This document shows, piece by piece, positions 20,720-31,475 of a stretch of 64,000 bases of DNA. A program made the position numbers and the translations under genes. The notes under the pieces were generated by a model. The model was given only the letters and a program-made list of their open reading frames with translations, was not told the origin of the DNA and ran no database searches. Source of the stretch: Candidatus Eiseniibacteriota bacterium (GTDB lineage: Bacteria; Eisenbacteria; RBG-16-71-46; CAIMUX01; VGJL01); contig CAWBWI010000001.1 in NCBI GenBank assembly GCA_963792585.1, positions 1,728,001 to 1,792,000 of the forward strand, given 5' to 3'. Positions within the stretch are counted from its first letter, which is position 1, and the number at the start of each line of letters is the position of its first letter.

Positions 20720-23050
20720 CTAACGTAGGAGGACCAACTTCCGGGACACCTTGCGACCGCCGGCGTCGCAGACGACCAGGTACAGACCGGGCGCGACGCG
20801 GATCCCGCCGGAGCCTCGACCGTCCCAGGCAACGGTCATTCCCCCTGCGTCCGCCACTACCTCCATCAAGCTCGCGATCCGTCGGCCGCCGGCATCGTGA
20901 ACGCTCAAACGGACCGGCCCGGCTGCGCGGAGATCAAGGCGCAAGGTCGTCGCGGTCACGAACGGGTTCGGTCCCTCGGCGTGGAGCGAAATCGATCCTG
21001 GCCCGCAGACGTCGGAGTCTGAAGCATAAGCGACCACCGGCGCGACGTGGAGCGACGGATCCCCGAACAGATTGAAGTTGTAGAGGTTCATGTATTCGTA
21101 CAGAAGATCCCAGCCGTACCGGCTCGTTGCGGAGAACTTACCGTCATAGAGCGCATCCCCGACCGTCTCGGCCTCGACGGTCAGGTATCGATTGAAGTCG
21201 AAGCAGATTTGCTCCGTCCCTCCGGGGCTGCTCTTCCAATCGCTCGAAATCGCTGAAGGTCGGGCCGAACTCACAATCCCAGCGGACGCACCCCAAGCGG
21301 GCAAGGTCAGCAGATTGATTCCGAGATTCCCGTATCCGGTCGTCTCCGGATAACCGACATTGCACGAGACTGCGAAGACGACGGATGGATGATCATCGTC
21401 CAGGTAGTTTGCGTCGACTCCCACGAATCGGTTGCTCTGCAGCTCGCCGTTTCCGGATTCGGGGATGCCATCCCCATCATCCCATGTCCAGACCGTGCGG
21501 TAGGCTCCGTCGTTCCATCCGTGACCCGACCAATTCACGATCCCAAACTGTCCATTGCCCCACCTGCTCGTGAAGGCCGCCTCGGTCAACGGCGACCAGG
21601 CAAATGCAGACCTGACGAGCCCCGACCGTTCGCTGAAGTGGGTGATCGCGTATCCGGCCATCAGACCCGTCTCGATCGAGTCGAGGCATGTTGCGCCATC
21701 GATGAACGGGTAATCGCCGTGATCCTGGTCTTCGAAGAAGAGGATCGCGCCGCCGTGCAGCACGTTCCTCTTCCAAGCGCCGGAGTCCTCTTCGAAGGCG
21801 ACGAGTTTGTCGAGCGTGTACGTGATGCGCGCAGGGTCGTCGACCGGGATTCGTCCGACTGCGATGTCGGCGAGGAAGTCAGGAAGGTCCTCACCGTACT
21901 CGCCCGGGTACCCATCACCATCCAAGTCCCACGATGAGGCGTCCGGATCCGAGAGATCGGCGTAGTAGTAATCCGTCGGAGTGCCGGGAGCGATCAGGCC
22001 TGGATCCCACGGATCGTAGACGTGAAACTCAGGATCGGGGTAGCAGATCCTCATCGGGACGCTCACGTGATCCCCGACCAACAGGAGGTACTTGATTCCC
22101 CAGGCCAGATAACTGGCGCGCAGGAAGTTGCGGATGCGCTCCGCAAGATCGTCCCCAGTCTGACCCGCGATCTCGCTGTCGGTCGTCAGGACGGTGCGCA
22201 GTGCGAGCCCCTGTGCCGCCTTCCAGCTCTGGAATCCAGATGCTCCGATCGCGTTGACGAGGTTGGCGGTCGTGATGATCAGGTAGTCGCACTGTTCCTG
22301 CCGACCCGCCCCACCGTCTACATCCGAAGCATACAGGCCTGCGATTTGTTCGTAGTTCACGAACCAGTGCTCGGCGCGCTTCGCCACGAACGGGTCGTTG
22401 CCGGCCGCGCGCGGTATGCCGGAAGCGCCTCCCACCGAGTCGGGGAAGCGAAGATCGAGCGCCACCTCAACGATTCGGTGCTGTTCGAGTCGACCCGAAT
22501 GGGGATGATATGTGAACGGACAGAAGGCGACTGCCGCGTAGCCGTACTGCCGGTAACTTCCCCGTCCGACAATCCGGACGAATTCGGCAGGGAAGGACAT
22601 GTCCGACTCATAGGCGATGTCCCGGGCTGCGCTCCACTCACGCTGGATCCGACCCATCGCCTCGCGCCATCTCGGCATGCCGGGTGACATGGCAACCGGC
22701 GGGTAAGGAGCGACCCGGTGCACGCCGGGCACCGCCACACTTGTCTTGCTCAGAATCTCGACGGACTCGACTCTGGCACCCGGGGGCAGCGCGACCAGAT
22801 ACTCCTTCATCGGAAGCGCCGGCTCCCCCGACCTCGCAAGGGAGCGGAACGACTCGATCTCCAGCCGTTCTCCTTGTTCACCCGGGATCGTTCTGAACTC
22901 TCCCGACTCGAATGTGAGGAATATGCGATTCCCCTCGAGTCGACAGGCGGTCACGCCGGAGGCGCGATCGGCCGCTCCCACGCCGGTCGCCGTCGAGAGA
23001 AAGACGATGAAGGTTGCAAGAACGGACCGGACGCGGCATGCGGGTCGCAT
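20720..23050 (-). CDS. C25 (gingipain-like) cysteine peptidase with propeptide and FlgD-Ig C-terminus
   Basis: GEPALP propeptide, YLLLVGD, TDYYYADL, AVGRIP, catalytic SGHG and SCNVG, NLFGDP; PNPF C-terminal domain. Confidence 0.9.
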   Translation of the reverse strand: MRPACRVRSVLATFIVFLSTATGVGAADRASGVTACRLEGNRIFLTFESGEFRTIPGEQGERLEIESFRSLARSGEPALPMKEYLVALPPGARVESVEILSKTSVAVPGVHRVAPYPPVAMSPGMPRWREAMGRIQREWSAARDIAYESDMSFPAEFVRIVGRGSYRQYGYAAVAFCPFTYHPHSGRLEQHRIVEVALDLRFPDSVGGASGIPRAAGNDPFVAKRAEHWFVNYEQIAGLYASDVDGGAGRQEQCDYLIITTANLVNAIGASGFQSWKAAQGLALRTVLTTDSEIAGQTGDDLAERIRNFLRASYLAWGIKYLLLVGDHVSVPMRICYPDPEFHVYDPWDPGLIAPGTPTDYYYADLSDPDASSWDLDGDGYPGEYGEDLPDFLADIAVGRIPVDDPARITYTLDKLVAFEEDSGAWKRNVLHGGAILFFEDQDHGDYPFIDGATCLDSIETGLMAGYAITHFSERSGLVRSAFAWSPLTEAAFTSRWGNGQFGIVNWSGHGWNDGAYRTVWTWDDGDGIPESGNGELQSNRFVGVDANYLDDDHPSVVFAVSCNVGYPETTGYGNLGINLLTLPAWGASAGIVSSARPSAISSDWKSSPGGTEQICFDFNRYLTVEAETVGDALYDGKFSATSRYGWDLLYEYMNLYNFNLFGDPSLHVAPVVAYASDSDVCGPGSISLHAEGPNPFVTATTLRLDLRAAGPVRLSVHDAGGRRIASLMEVVADAGGMTVAWDGRGSGGIRVAPGLYLVVCDAGGRKVSRKLVLLR

Positions 23051-23281
23051 AGCACCCTCCACGTGGTCGGGACGCGGCCATAGGCGTCAACGCGAATACC
23101 CGATGAGACGAACCGCAAGTATCCTATCACGTACGAATGTGCGCCCGAGCGGTCCTCGCGGGTCGACACAGGCGTGACGTCACCCGCCCAGGTCTTCTCG
23201 GAAGCGAACGTCAAGCGCATCTTCGCCGTCAAACGCGACGCGTGACGAACGCGCGCTCGAGCGAACCGATCCGCAGCCGGA

Positions 23282-25090
23282 TCAGTCGATTCGCAGAATG
23301 CTCCTCGTTGCGGTGACGGATCCCGCGTCCAGGCGGCAGAGGTACAATCCCGACCCCATCGGCAGCCCCTGATCGCTCGTCCCGTCCCACTCGACACGGC
23401 GCGCGCCCGGGCTCATAGACCCGTCCAGCAGGACGCGCACGCGCCGGCCCGCGACATCGTAGACAACCAGGCGCACCTGCGCGGCGACGTCTAGCGCGAT
23501 GGTGATCCCGGTCGTGCGGTCGGACGGATTGGGGACGACGGACGTGATCCTCGCCGCGGTACCCGCGTCGGAACCCTCGACCGCCGCCAGCGGGATGGTC
23601 CGCTCCGTAGCGAAGGCCGACCCGGCGAAGGCCCCGTCGATCGCCTGCACGGTCCAGTAGTACTGCACCGCCCGGACGTCGATGGCCCAGCGCGTTTGTT
23701 CCTGGACATTCCCGAGATCCACGATGTAGCGACGGCCGGTCTCGCGCGCCATCGGCGCCATGATCTGGGAACCGCCGGTGGACGTCCCGATTCGGAGGTT
23801 GTAGGTCAGGCAGGCGGCGGGAGTCTGGGCATCGGTCGCCGGCGACCAGTTCAGAACGACCTGATCGCCCTCGATGACTGAACTGAGGAACGTGGGGGTG
23901 CTCGGCGCGGTGTTCGGCGTGGCCCCATCACTGCGCCAAACCGCGGTCTGTATTTGGGCATAGTCGCTCCGGCCGGACTGGACGATGTCGAGATCCCCGT
24001 CAGCCTCAAAGTCTCCCCACTCCAAAGTACCCTCGGCGAGTTCGTAGAGCGGCGTGGCAACTTCATCGAGACCGCCGACGCCGTCATTCGCAAAGAGGAA
24101 GATCATACGGTCCAGCGCAGAGTCCGTGCCGCACAACAGGAGGTCCGGATCCCCGTCGTTGTCGTAGTCACCCCAGGACACTGAGGCGTGGCCCAGCGGC
24201 ACGAAGCCGACGGCCGCGTCGGTGAATGCATCCTCGCCATCGTTGCGGTAGAGGTGGGTCGCCCGCTCGCCCGGTCCGCTGAATCCGGCCACGATAAGAT
24301 CCAGGTCTTCATCACAATCATAGTCAGCCCAGGCGATGGCCCCGGAGTATGCGCCGACGAGCTCAGCCACGACGGGCCAGGCGGGACCCGCGCCATCATT
24401 CCTGTAGATGAGCGTCCTGTACACCCACCCCGGGTCGAGCTTGATACCGCTCAGAGCAAGATCGAGATCGCCGTCATTGTCGTAGTCTCCCCACGCCGCC
24501 GAACTCCCGAACATCGGGACGATCCCCTTCTCGACAAGCGCGAAGACCCCGGCGCCGTCATTACGGTAGAGGTAAGTGTTTGGCAGAGGATCGTCCTGAC
24601 TGCCGGTGATCAGGATGTCCAGGTCTCCGTCATTGTCGTAGTCCGCCCATGTCGCCGCGCCGCCCGCGACCCCGAGGATTCCCGCATTGATATCCGTGAA
24701 CCCGAGTGCTCCGTCGTTGCGAAAGACGAATCCCACGTAATTCTCGGCGCCGTCCCACCCCTGCAGGAGGATGTCCAGATCCCCGTCGTTGTCATAATCT
24801 CCCCACGCCGCACAGGCAAAATCGAGGTCCGGGAGGACGATGCCGCTATTCGTGAAGTAATCCCCCATGCATCTGTAGATGCGCGTCGTCAAGTCCCCGG
24901 AGAGGAGGAGATCGAGGTCGCCGTCGCGGTCGTAGTCGCCCCACTCCGTCGCTCCGTAGAAGATGCCCGGAATATCGTCCGTGATGTTCGTGAACGTGAT
25001 AACCGCCGCACTGGGCGTTGCGATTGCGATGATCAGGCCCGCAAGCATCAGGATGAAGGAGAACCGGTGGGCGTGTCCGCTCGATGACAT
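23282..25090 (-). CDS. Secreted FG-GAP/VCBS repeat protein with Fn3-like and FlgD-Ig domains
   Basis: AGGAGG RBS, signal peptide, seven W[GA]D[YF]xxD[GE]DxD-type repeats, YYWTVQAID, PNP C-terminal domain. Confidence 0.9.
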   Translation of the reverse strand: MSSSGHAHRFSFILMLAGLIIAIATPSAAVITFTNITDDIPGIFYGATEWGDYDRDGDLDLLLSGDLTTRIYRCMGDYFTNSGIVLPDLDFACAAWGDYDNDGDLDILLQGWDGAENYVGFVFRNDGALGFTDINAGILGVAGGAATWADYDNDGDLDILITGSQDDPLPNTYLYRNDGAGVFALVEKGIVPMFGSSAAWGDYDNDGDLDLALSGIKLDPGWVYRTLIYRNDGAGPAWPVVAELVGAYSGAIAWADYDCDEDLDLIVAGFSGPGERATHLYRNDGEDAFTDAAVGFVPLGHASVSWGDYDNDGDPDLLLCGTDSALDRMIFLFANDGVGGLDEVATPLYELAEGTLEWGDFEADGDLDIVQSGRSDYAQIQTAVWRSDGATPNTAPSTPTFLSSVIEGDQVVLNWSPATDAQTPAACLTYNLRIGTSTGGSQIMAPMARETGRRYIVDLGNVQEQTRWAIDVRAVQYYWTVQAIDGAFAGSAFATERTIPLAAVEGSDAGTAARITSVVPNPSDRTTGITIALDVAAQVRLVVYDVAGRRVRVLLDGSMSPGARRVEWDGTSDQGLPMGSGLYLCRLDAGSVTATRSILRID

Positions 25091-25544
25091 GGGTTACCTC
25101 CTGTTGAATTAAGTCCGGGATCGCGTCCGGGAGACCTTGGGCACGACGATCGCCAGGGTACGTTTCGCCGATTCCAGCGGGGCAATGGGTAGGACTGAGC
25201 GGGGCCGCCGGGCGTCCTGGCGGTACCAGCTGAGCGATGCTCTTGAAGGTCCGATTCTCATTCGGCCACCGGAGTTCGGTCATTCTCGGAATCCAAGCAC
25301 GCTCGCGCCTCGCGCAAAGGCGAGAGAGGTTTTCAACCGCACATTACTATACTCTAACTTGTCGAAGATGCGTAGGTTTAGTCTCTCGTCGAGCTGCAGA
25401 CGCCCCACGAGTCTCCCGTTCGGTCCTCTGAGAATCTCCTTTGCCGACCGGACAGAAGGCGCCTGCTATGCTCTCTTGAGTTCCCCTGGGGAACCCTCTG
25501 ATGTGGTCTGGGCTCTACAGCGCGAGCAGGATGAGAATGGAGCG

Positions 25545-25949
25545 ATGATCCCGAACGAGAAAGAGGTCCGGCTGACGCCGGGATGCCTTCGTGCGATTCT
25601 TGCGGAACGGAAATTCCAGATGCGATCGGTTCTCAAGCACGATCGCCAGGAAACCCCGGACGCCGCAGAGGCTCGCCCGCCATTCTCGCCCGGCGATTTT
25701 CTCCGCGCCGATGCCGGCGTCGCGTTAAGGGTCACCAGCGTTCGCATGGAACGGCTCCAGGAAATCAGCGATCAAGACATTCTCCGCGAGGGCGGGATGT
25801 GGCACGAGACGGCTTCACCGGGGTCGACCGAGACCGAACGCCACGGCTTCGCCCGCTGGTGGGACGAAGTTCACACGCGCCCTGAAACCAAGTGGGGCGA
25901 GAATCCATGGGTCTGGGTCATCGAGTTCGAGAGAACGCACGTGATGTAG
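25545..25949 (+). CDS. ASCH/PUA-like protein (phage-associated type)
   Basis: RAILAERKFQMR, PFSPGDFL, RVTSVRMERLQEIS-D-REG and WGENPWVWVIEF motifs; GGAG before the ATG. Confidence 0.7.
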   Translation: MIPNEKEVRLTPGCLRAILAERKFQMRSVLKHDRQETPDAAEARPPFSPGDFLRADAGVALRVTSVRMERLQEISDQDILREGGMWHETASPGSTETERHGFARWWDEVHTRPETKWGENPWVWVIEFERTHVM

Positions 25950-26036
25950 AGCTGTCCCCAAGATCACACGTGCGGTCCGCGGCGACGCGCCGGAGAATGC
26001 GGTTGCACTCGGGATGGAAGGGATGTCGCGAGTTTG

Positions 26037-27203
26037 ATGACCGATCAAAGCCGGAGACTTCTCGTTAACTACTGGTATGCGCCCCCCGTCGGTCATGCGA
26101 TCGAAGGGCTCCGTTACGCACTCGGCTACCACGCCGCCGATCCGAAACTCCGGGTCAGCCTACTCTTGAGCGCCGCTACTCCGGCCGAGCTTGCGGGCTG
26201 CTGTTCATTCCTGGACGAGGTGTACGCGGTGCCGTTCACGACCTTCGTCCGCGCCGAGGGTGATCCGGAGGCTGCGCTGTCGAGGGTACCGCGCGCCTGG
26301 GATTACCTGGTCGAGAACCACCGCGCGCGCGACCCCGCGCATAATGCATTCGCAGGTTTCCGAGCGTTTTTCGACGCCGCGAAACGCCACTTCGAGCCTC
26401 GATTCGGGGTTGGCGTCGTAGGCCACGCGCCGCCCGACTATCGGCGGCACCAGCAACTCCGTCTGGATCTCCCGGAGGGGGCGCGCGAAGCAGCGCGGCG
26501 CACGATCGGCAAGGATCGCCCGGCGATCTCCGTCTTGCTGGCAGGATCATCCGCGAATCGTCACCTCTATCCCTCGGTCAGTTCCTGGGAACGGATCCTC
26601 ACCGAGCTCTCTGCGCAGCATCCGGACGCGGTAATCTGCCTGATCGGCAAGCGGGTTGACGACGGCCGCACGACGAGTCGAATCGGTCGTGGCGAGATCG
26701 AGCGGTTGCTTGCGGCCGTCCAACGAAGTGTCGACTGCTTCGATCGACCGATCCTGGATCAAATCGCGGTTGTCGAGGCCTCTTCCCTGCTCGTTTCGCC
26801 GCACACCGGATTCGCCTTCACCGCCTCGACGGTGGGCACGCCCTGGCTCGCGATTTCGGGCGGAGATTGGCACGAATACTTCTTCAACGGCGTCCCCGTC
26901 TACTCACTCTTGCCCGATCCCGTTCGCTATCCGTGTTTCGGTTGGGGGGCTCTCGGCTCCGTCGCCCTTCCGGTCATCGACCCGGATAGCGACGGCGAAG
27001 GACCACGGACGCCGAGCATGTCGGCAGCGCGCATCCGCGAGGATCTGCCAGAACTCTTGCACGCGGCCCGGATGCTGATCGAGAAACGCCTGCCCTATGA
27101 ACGGGCGCTCGCCGACTACTTCCCACGTCTTCTCGCTGCGTATCGCGGCGATCGCTCGCGGATCTTCACTTTCGACAACCTTCACGACGAGTACCTCTCA
27201 TGA
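26037..27203 (+). CDS. GT9 (heptosyltransferase)-like glycosyltransferase-fold protein
   Basis: GT-B C-terminal pattern LYPSVSSW...QIAVVEASSLLVSPHTGFAFTASTVGTPWLAISG. Confidence 0.6.
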   Translation: MTDQSRRLLVNYWYAPPVGHAIEGLRYALGYHAADPKLRVSLLLSAATPAELAGCCSFLDEVYAVPFTTFVRAEGDPEAALSRVPRAWDYLVENHRARDPAHNAFAGFRAFFDAAKRHFEPRFGVGVVGHAPPDYRRHQQLRLDLPEGAREAARRTIGKDRPAISVLLAGSSANRHLYPSVSSWERILTELSAQHPDAVICLIGKRVDDGRTTSRIGRGEIERLLAAVQRSVDCFDRPILDQIAVVEASSLLVSPHTGFAFTASTVGTPWLAISGGDWHEYFFNGVPVYSLLPDPVRYPCFGWGALGSVALPVIDPDSDGEGPRTPSMSAARIREDLPELLHAARMLIEKRLPYERALADYFPRLLAAYRGDRSRIFTFDNLHDEYLS

Positions 27204-27494
27204 TCTGGCGGTGATGTCCTGTGGCTCGATTCTCCGCCAAACCGGAAGACCCCTGGGGGCACAAGACCGACCATCGTGCGTACGAGGACCTCAACGAGGA
27301 GCGCCAAGCTGTTCTTGCCTGAAGGATCGTTGCCTGGAGCGCTCAACTCGCAGCCGACTGCGAACACATGGCATCCCTTATGTCGATCTCGCGCGGCCAC
27401 CCTTCGCCGGCTCGAGGCGGACTGCCGATCGGTGGACCGTCCATGAGCCATGGCCCAACCCTGGACCGCGGCTCTGCATGTCGAGGATGTGCAG

Positions 27495-28028
27495 TTAACG
27501 ATAGATCGTGCGGATCCGCCCCCAGGTGGTCGCCCGATTCCCACCGCCATTGCCGTGGTCGTCCGGCACGTCCGCCACGACGCAAGGGTTCGGGTGGCAG
27601 TAGGTCTCACCGGGGATCCATGTGCCCCCAATCAAGGCACAGTCCTCGCCGCAACCGACGAGCCGGCAGCTGCCGTCGGGAAGGCAGCAGGCGATGGGAC
27701 AGCACGCCGGACATGGGTTGGGATCGCAGGACGTCATGCCCTGCATCCACGTGCAGACACCCGGATTCTGGACACATTCCGCAAATGTCGTGATCGAGCA
27801 CTCGCCGTAGTGCGAACAACAGACCCCCAATCCGGTCTGGCATGGATCAGGGAGACAAGGAGTCCCGTCTCCCCAGTAGTTTCCTCCCGCCGCGGCACAC
27901 TCCTCCCACGTGTACAACACACAGGAGTTGTCCTGTAGGCAACACGCTCCAGGGATCGCCGAGGCTAGGGGACATACGAACATCGCGAGGATCACGGCCA
28001 CGCCGGATGCGACGATGCAGCGGCTCAT
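27495..28028 (-). CDS. Small secreted Cys-rich protein: three GACC-type repeats plus a TWGRIRTIYR tail
   Basis: AAGGAGGA RBS, signal peptide, three CC-x5-C...C-x-P-[ND]-PC repeats. Confidence 0.85.
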   Translation of the reverse strand: MSRCIVASGVAVILAMFVCPLASAIPGACCLQDNSCVLYTWEECAAAGGNYWGDGTPCLPDPCQTGLGVCCSHYGECSITTFAECVQNPGVCTWMQGMTSCDPNPCPACCPIACCLPDGSCRLVGCGEDCALIGGTWIPGETYCHPNPCVVADVPDDHGNGGGNRATTWGRIRTIYR

Positions 28029-28341
28029 AACATCCTCCTTTCCGACGGCGTCGAGTTTACGCCCTGAGGGCGTGCTTGGACAGCCGAATCACGCCCGTGT
28101 GCGCAGCACCCCCATGCGGGTCGACAGACCCCGTCGGCACTGCCGTATCCCCAACTCATCCACCCCTAGCTCCCGCAAACTCGTTCCGCCGACGGGCGAT
28201 CACCGATCCACTCATCCCCGTGCTTGACACCCCCGGATGGGAGGATAGGCTTGATGTCGGGGATTCCAGAACGTCTTGCTGGCCGCACTCTCGGAAGCGG
28301 CGTGCGATCGATCGGTGCTACCGGGGTTGGTCGGAGGCCGC

Positions 28342-30336
28342 GTGAACGCCCATCCATCGAGGCCGACTCTCGGCCGCGCGCTCAAGACCATTGGTATGCT
28401 CCCGTTCCTCCTGCTCTTGTGCCTCATCCTTCCTCCACTCGTGGGATGCGGGGGCGATAAACCGACGCAGGTCACGGACGGGATTCCACCTGTGACGATT
28501 CAAGATCTCACCTATGCGAGGCTTTCGGAAAGTGTCGTTCGATTGACCTGGACGGCGCCCGGGGATGATGGGTCCCTGGGGCTCGCGTCCACCTACTCGG
28601 TTCGGTGCGCCGCATCCACCCTGACCGAGCAAGGCTGGGATTCCGCCACGGTCATCCCGACTCCGCCGGCACCCGCGCCGGCCGGGCACCGGGACGGCTT
28701 CATCGTGACGATGCCGAACGGCCGGTGGCACATCGGCATTCGGGCAGCGGACGAGATCCCCAACTGGTCGATGATCTCGAACCAGATCACCGTGCTCGTC
28801 GGCGACAGCATCCCCCCTGCCAAGGTGACGGACCTCTCGGTCACCCAGACGACCGGGCACTCCGCATCGTTGGCTTGGACCGCGCCGGGAGACGACGACT
28901 TGAAAGGTCATGCCGCCGAGTACGACTTGCGCTACTCGCGTGATGTCATCACGTCCGAATCATGGGAATCCGCTGCGCGCGCGCTCGGGCTCTCGCCCCC
29001 GGCCGACCACGGCACCTACGAGCGACATGTGGTCGACGGCCTGGAGACGGGCGCCACCTACTACTTCGCCATGAAGTGCGCCGACGAGGCACCGAACTGG
29101 TCCGACATGTCCAACGTGGCAAGCGCGGAGGTCATCGACATCGTCGCGCCGAGCGCGATCACGGATCTGCTGGCCGGGTCGGCGGGAGAGACCAGCGTCA
29201 ACCTGACCTGGACCGCCCCGGGCAATGACGTCTCGGACGGGACTGCCGCCGCTTACGACATGCGTTACTCGCTGGATGCCCTGAATGCCGAGAACTGGGA
29301 GAACGCCACCGCCGCGGATGGTCTTCCCGCGCCCGGTCCGTCAGGCACCCCCGAAACGTTCGTCCTCGATGAATTGGAGGGATCCCGGACCTACTACATC
29401 GGGATCAGGAGCCGGGACGAGGGCTCGAACTGGTCGGCGATCTCGAACATCGTGACGGCAGCGCCGGGAACCAATCCCCTCGTTCGCCTCACCTACTCGA
29501 CGGTTCGCCCCTATGGCGCGGACTATCCCGCCTGGTCTCCCGATGGGCGCACTATCGCATTCAGCGCCTACTGGGAGCCGAGGCAGGACTACCTTCGCGC
29601 CCAGATCTACACGATGCCTGCCGCAGGTGGCGAGCCCGTGCAGATCACCCAAATCGATGACGGCGCGTACGCTCCTGCGTGGTCGCCGGACGGCACGAAG
29701 TTCGCCTTCATCGCGCGGAGAGAGGTCTATCCGCACACGCTCCAGGAACTATCGGTGATGACGGCTTCCTCGGGTTCCCAGCATACGGTTCTGCTGACCG
29801 CACCCGTCGGCTACACGCTCAGCAGACCTTGCTGGTCGCCGGACGGGAGTCAGATCGCAGTTGTCGTGTCCGCCGGCTACTCATCTGGCGATCCGATGTC
29901 GAGCAACCTCGGACTGGTTCCATCGGGTGGGGGCACCGGAAGCGAACTACTCGTGGGGTGGTTCTTGATTGCCGCGCCGTCCTGGTCTCACGACGGAACG
30001 AAGATCCTGTTCAACGGCAGGCGGGAAGACGGCGACAGATCGGTGATATGGGTCATGCCGGCCGGGGGAGGGGAGCCCACCCCGCTCAGCGCAGGCCAGG
30101 CCGATGACGCTTCACCCGCCTGGTCGCCGGATGGCAGCCAGATCGCTTTCGCATCGAGTCGGACCAGTACATGGGATCTCTGGCTCATGTCATCCGAAGG
30201 CGCGAACCTCACGCGTCTAACGTTCGATTCCTTCGGACATGAATACTACCCTTCGTGGTCCCCCGACGGCAGGGCAATTGTCTTCACCATGTGGCGACTC
30301 GACATCCCTGACATCTGGGTGATGACCCTGCGATAG
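28342..30336 (+). CDS. Lipoprotein with three Fn3-like repeats and a TolB-like (PD40) beta-propeller
   Basis: GGAGG-GTG start, LVGC lipobox, three L[TA]WTAPG...NWS-[IM]SN repeats, and repeated P-WSPDG. Confidence 0.88.
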   Translation: MNAHPSRPTLGRALKTIGMLPFLLLLCLILPPLVGCGGDKPTQVTDGIPPVTIQDLTYARLSESVVRLTWTAPGDDGSLGLASTYSVRCAASTLTEQGWDSATVIPTPPAPAPAGHRDGFIVTMPNGRWHIGIRAADEIPNWSMISNQITVLVGDSIPPAKVTDLSVTQTTGHSASLAWTAPGDDDLKGHAAEYDLRYSRDVITSESWESAARALGLSPPADHGTYERHVVDGLETGATYYFAMKCADEAPNWSDMSNVASAEVIDIVAPSAITDLLAGSAGETSVNLTWTAPGNDVSDGTAAAYDMRYSLDALNAENWENATAADGLPAPGPSGTPETFVLDELEGSRTYYIGIRSRDEGSNWSAISNIVTAAPGTNPLVRLTYSTVRPYGADYPAWSPDGRTIAFSAYWEPRQDYLRAQIYTMPAAGGEPVQITQIDDGAYAPAWSPDGTKFAFIARREVYPHTLQELSVMTASSGSQHTVLLTAPVGYTLSRPCWSPDGSQIAVVVSAGYSSGDPMSSNLGLVPSGGGTGSELLVGWFLIAAPSWSHDGTKILFNGRREDGDRSVIWVMPAGGGEPTPLSAGQADDASPAWSPDGSQIAFASSRTSTWDLWLMSSEGANLTRLTFDSFGHEYYPSWSPDGRAIVFTMWRLDIPDIWVMTLR

Positions 30337-30439
30337 AAGAGAGAGGAGAACCTGCGGCGCCACGTTGTCGCCGCGACCCCGCGCGGTCCTTTCGAAGAGC
30401 GACGAACCCCGATAGCATCCACCACGCCGGCCTACGAGA

Positions 30440-31414
30440 TCAACGCTTTGACTCCGCCAGCCATCTCATGACGTTCAGCGCGTACTGCTGGTTGTCCAGC
30501 CCTGGTTGGTTCATACCGAACTTATACGGTTCCTGTCCGGGGATGATGACGATCTGCGCCGAGAGCATCCCGGCTTCCCCTTGAACGACGACGCGGCCCT
30601 GCCCCACCAGCAGCGCCACGGCCATCGAGCGCCCCCTTGCGGAGATCGCCTTCGACATCACTTCCTTCGGACCACCGGGAAGCTTGAGCGCCTCGGGTGG
30701 AATGTCGATTGCCGCGTCGGAGAGGTTCATCAAGGGGGCCGACCCCGCGGGTCCTCGCAGCGACTGCCCGGTGAACGCCACGATTCTGTTGACCCGCTCC
30801 TTCTCGCCCCATCCATTCATGATCGGGTGTTCGCCCAGGGTTCCTCTCACTCGCGTGAACTCGATGTTGGTGATGCCGCCGGGCCCTGCCGCCTGCAGAC
30901 TGTCCCCCGTGTAGCCCAGGCTCATGTTCACACCGAACCGGGCGCCCAGCGCGGCGGCGGCGGATCCAAAGGGAGCGTGGTCGGCAATCAGGAGAAGCGC
31001 TCCTCCTTCGCTGACCCACCGATGCACGGCCTCGATCTCCTCCACCCCGAAGGCCGACTGATTCGCGGTGGAGTCGGACTCCGATTCCGGGGCCTCTACC
31101 GACGCGTTTGCGATCACCAGCACGTCGAATCCCTCGAGACTCCTCGCAGAGAGCAGCTCCCGGTTGGACGTCAGCTCACAGCCATCGGCCTTCATTAGTG
31201 TGCCGAATGCCTGGTAGCGCCCTTCCAGAGTATGGAAGTTGTGATGGGCCTCGTCGAAGAGGATCTTGGGATGGTACTTCGTGAACGCCGGCGTCGTCAC
31301 GGCAGGCACGTAGTTGGAATCGGCCAGCTGCTGCACCTGAGCCGATGCGGCCGGCAAGAGGGCGCAACAAACCAGAACAGTCATCACCGCGACTTGTCGC
31401 ATCCGGGATATCAT
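30440..31414 (-). CDS. Secreted DUF4350-like (class I glutamine amidotransferase-like fold) protein
   Basis: Signal peptide, ILFDEAHHNFHT, GGALLLIADHAPFG and DNQQYALNVMRWL. Confidence 0.7.
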   Translation of the reverse strand: MISRMRQVAVMTVLVCCALLPAASAQVQQLADSNYVPAVTTPAFTKYHPKILFDEAHHNFHTLEGRYQAFGTLMKADGCELTSNRELLSARSLEGFDVLVIANASVEAPESESDSTANQSAFGVEEIEAVHRWVSEGGALLLIADHAPFGSAAAALGARFGVNMSLGYTGDSLQAAGPGGITNIEFTRVRGTLGEHPIMNGWGEKERVNRIVAFTGQSLRGPAGSAPLMNLSDAAIDIPPEALKLPGGPKEVMSKAISARGRSMAVALLVGQGRVVVQGEAGMLSAQIVIIPGQEPYKFGMNQPGLDNQQYALNVMRWLAESKR

Positions 31415-31475
31415 TGGCTCACACCCCCCCACGGCTACGTCGACTCCCGCAACATGATGACCCAACCCATCACCC

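Noticed and set aside
27220..27370. Short frame ...YEDLNEERQAVLA*RIVAW with an internal TGA
   Set aside because: Faint resemblance to a hydrolase C-terminus, but there is no RBS, no evident SECIS-like hairpin, and it is too short to support.
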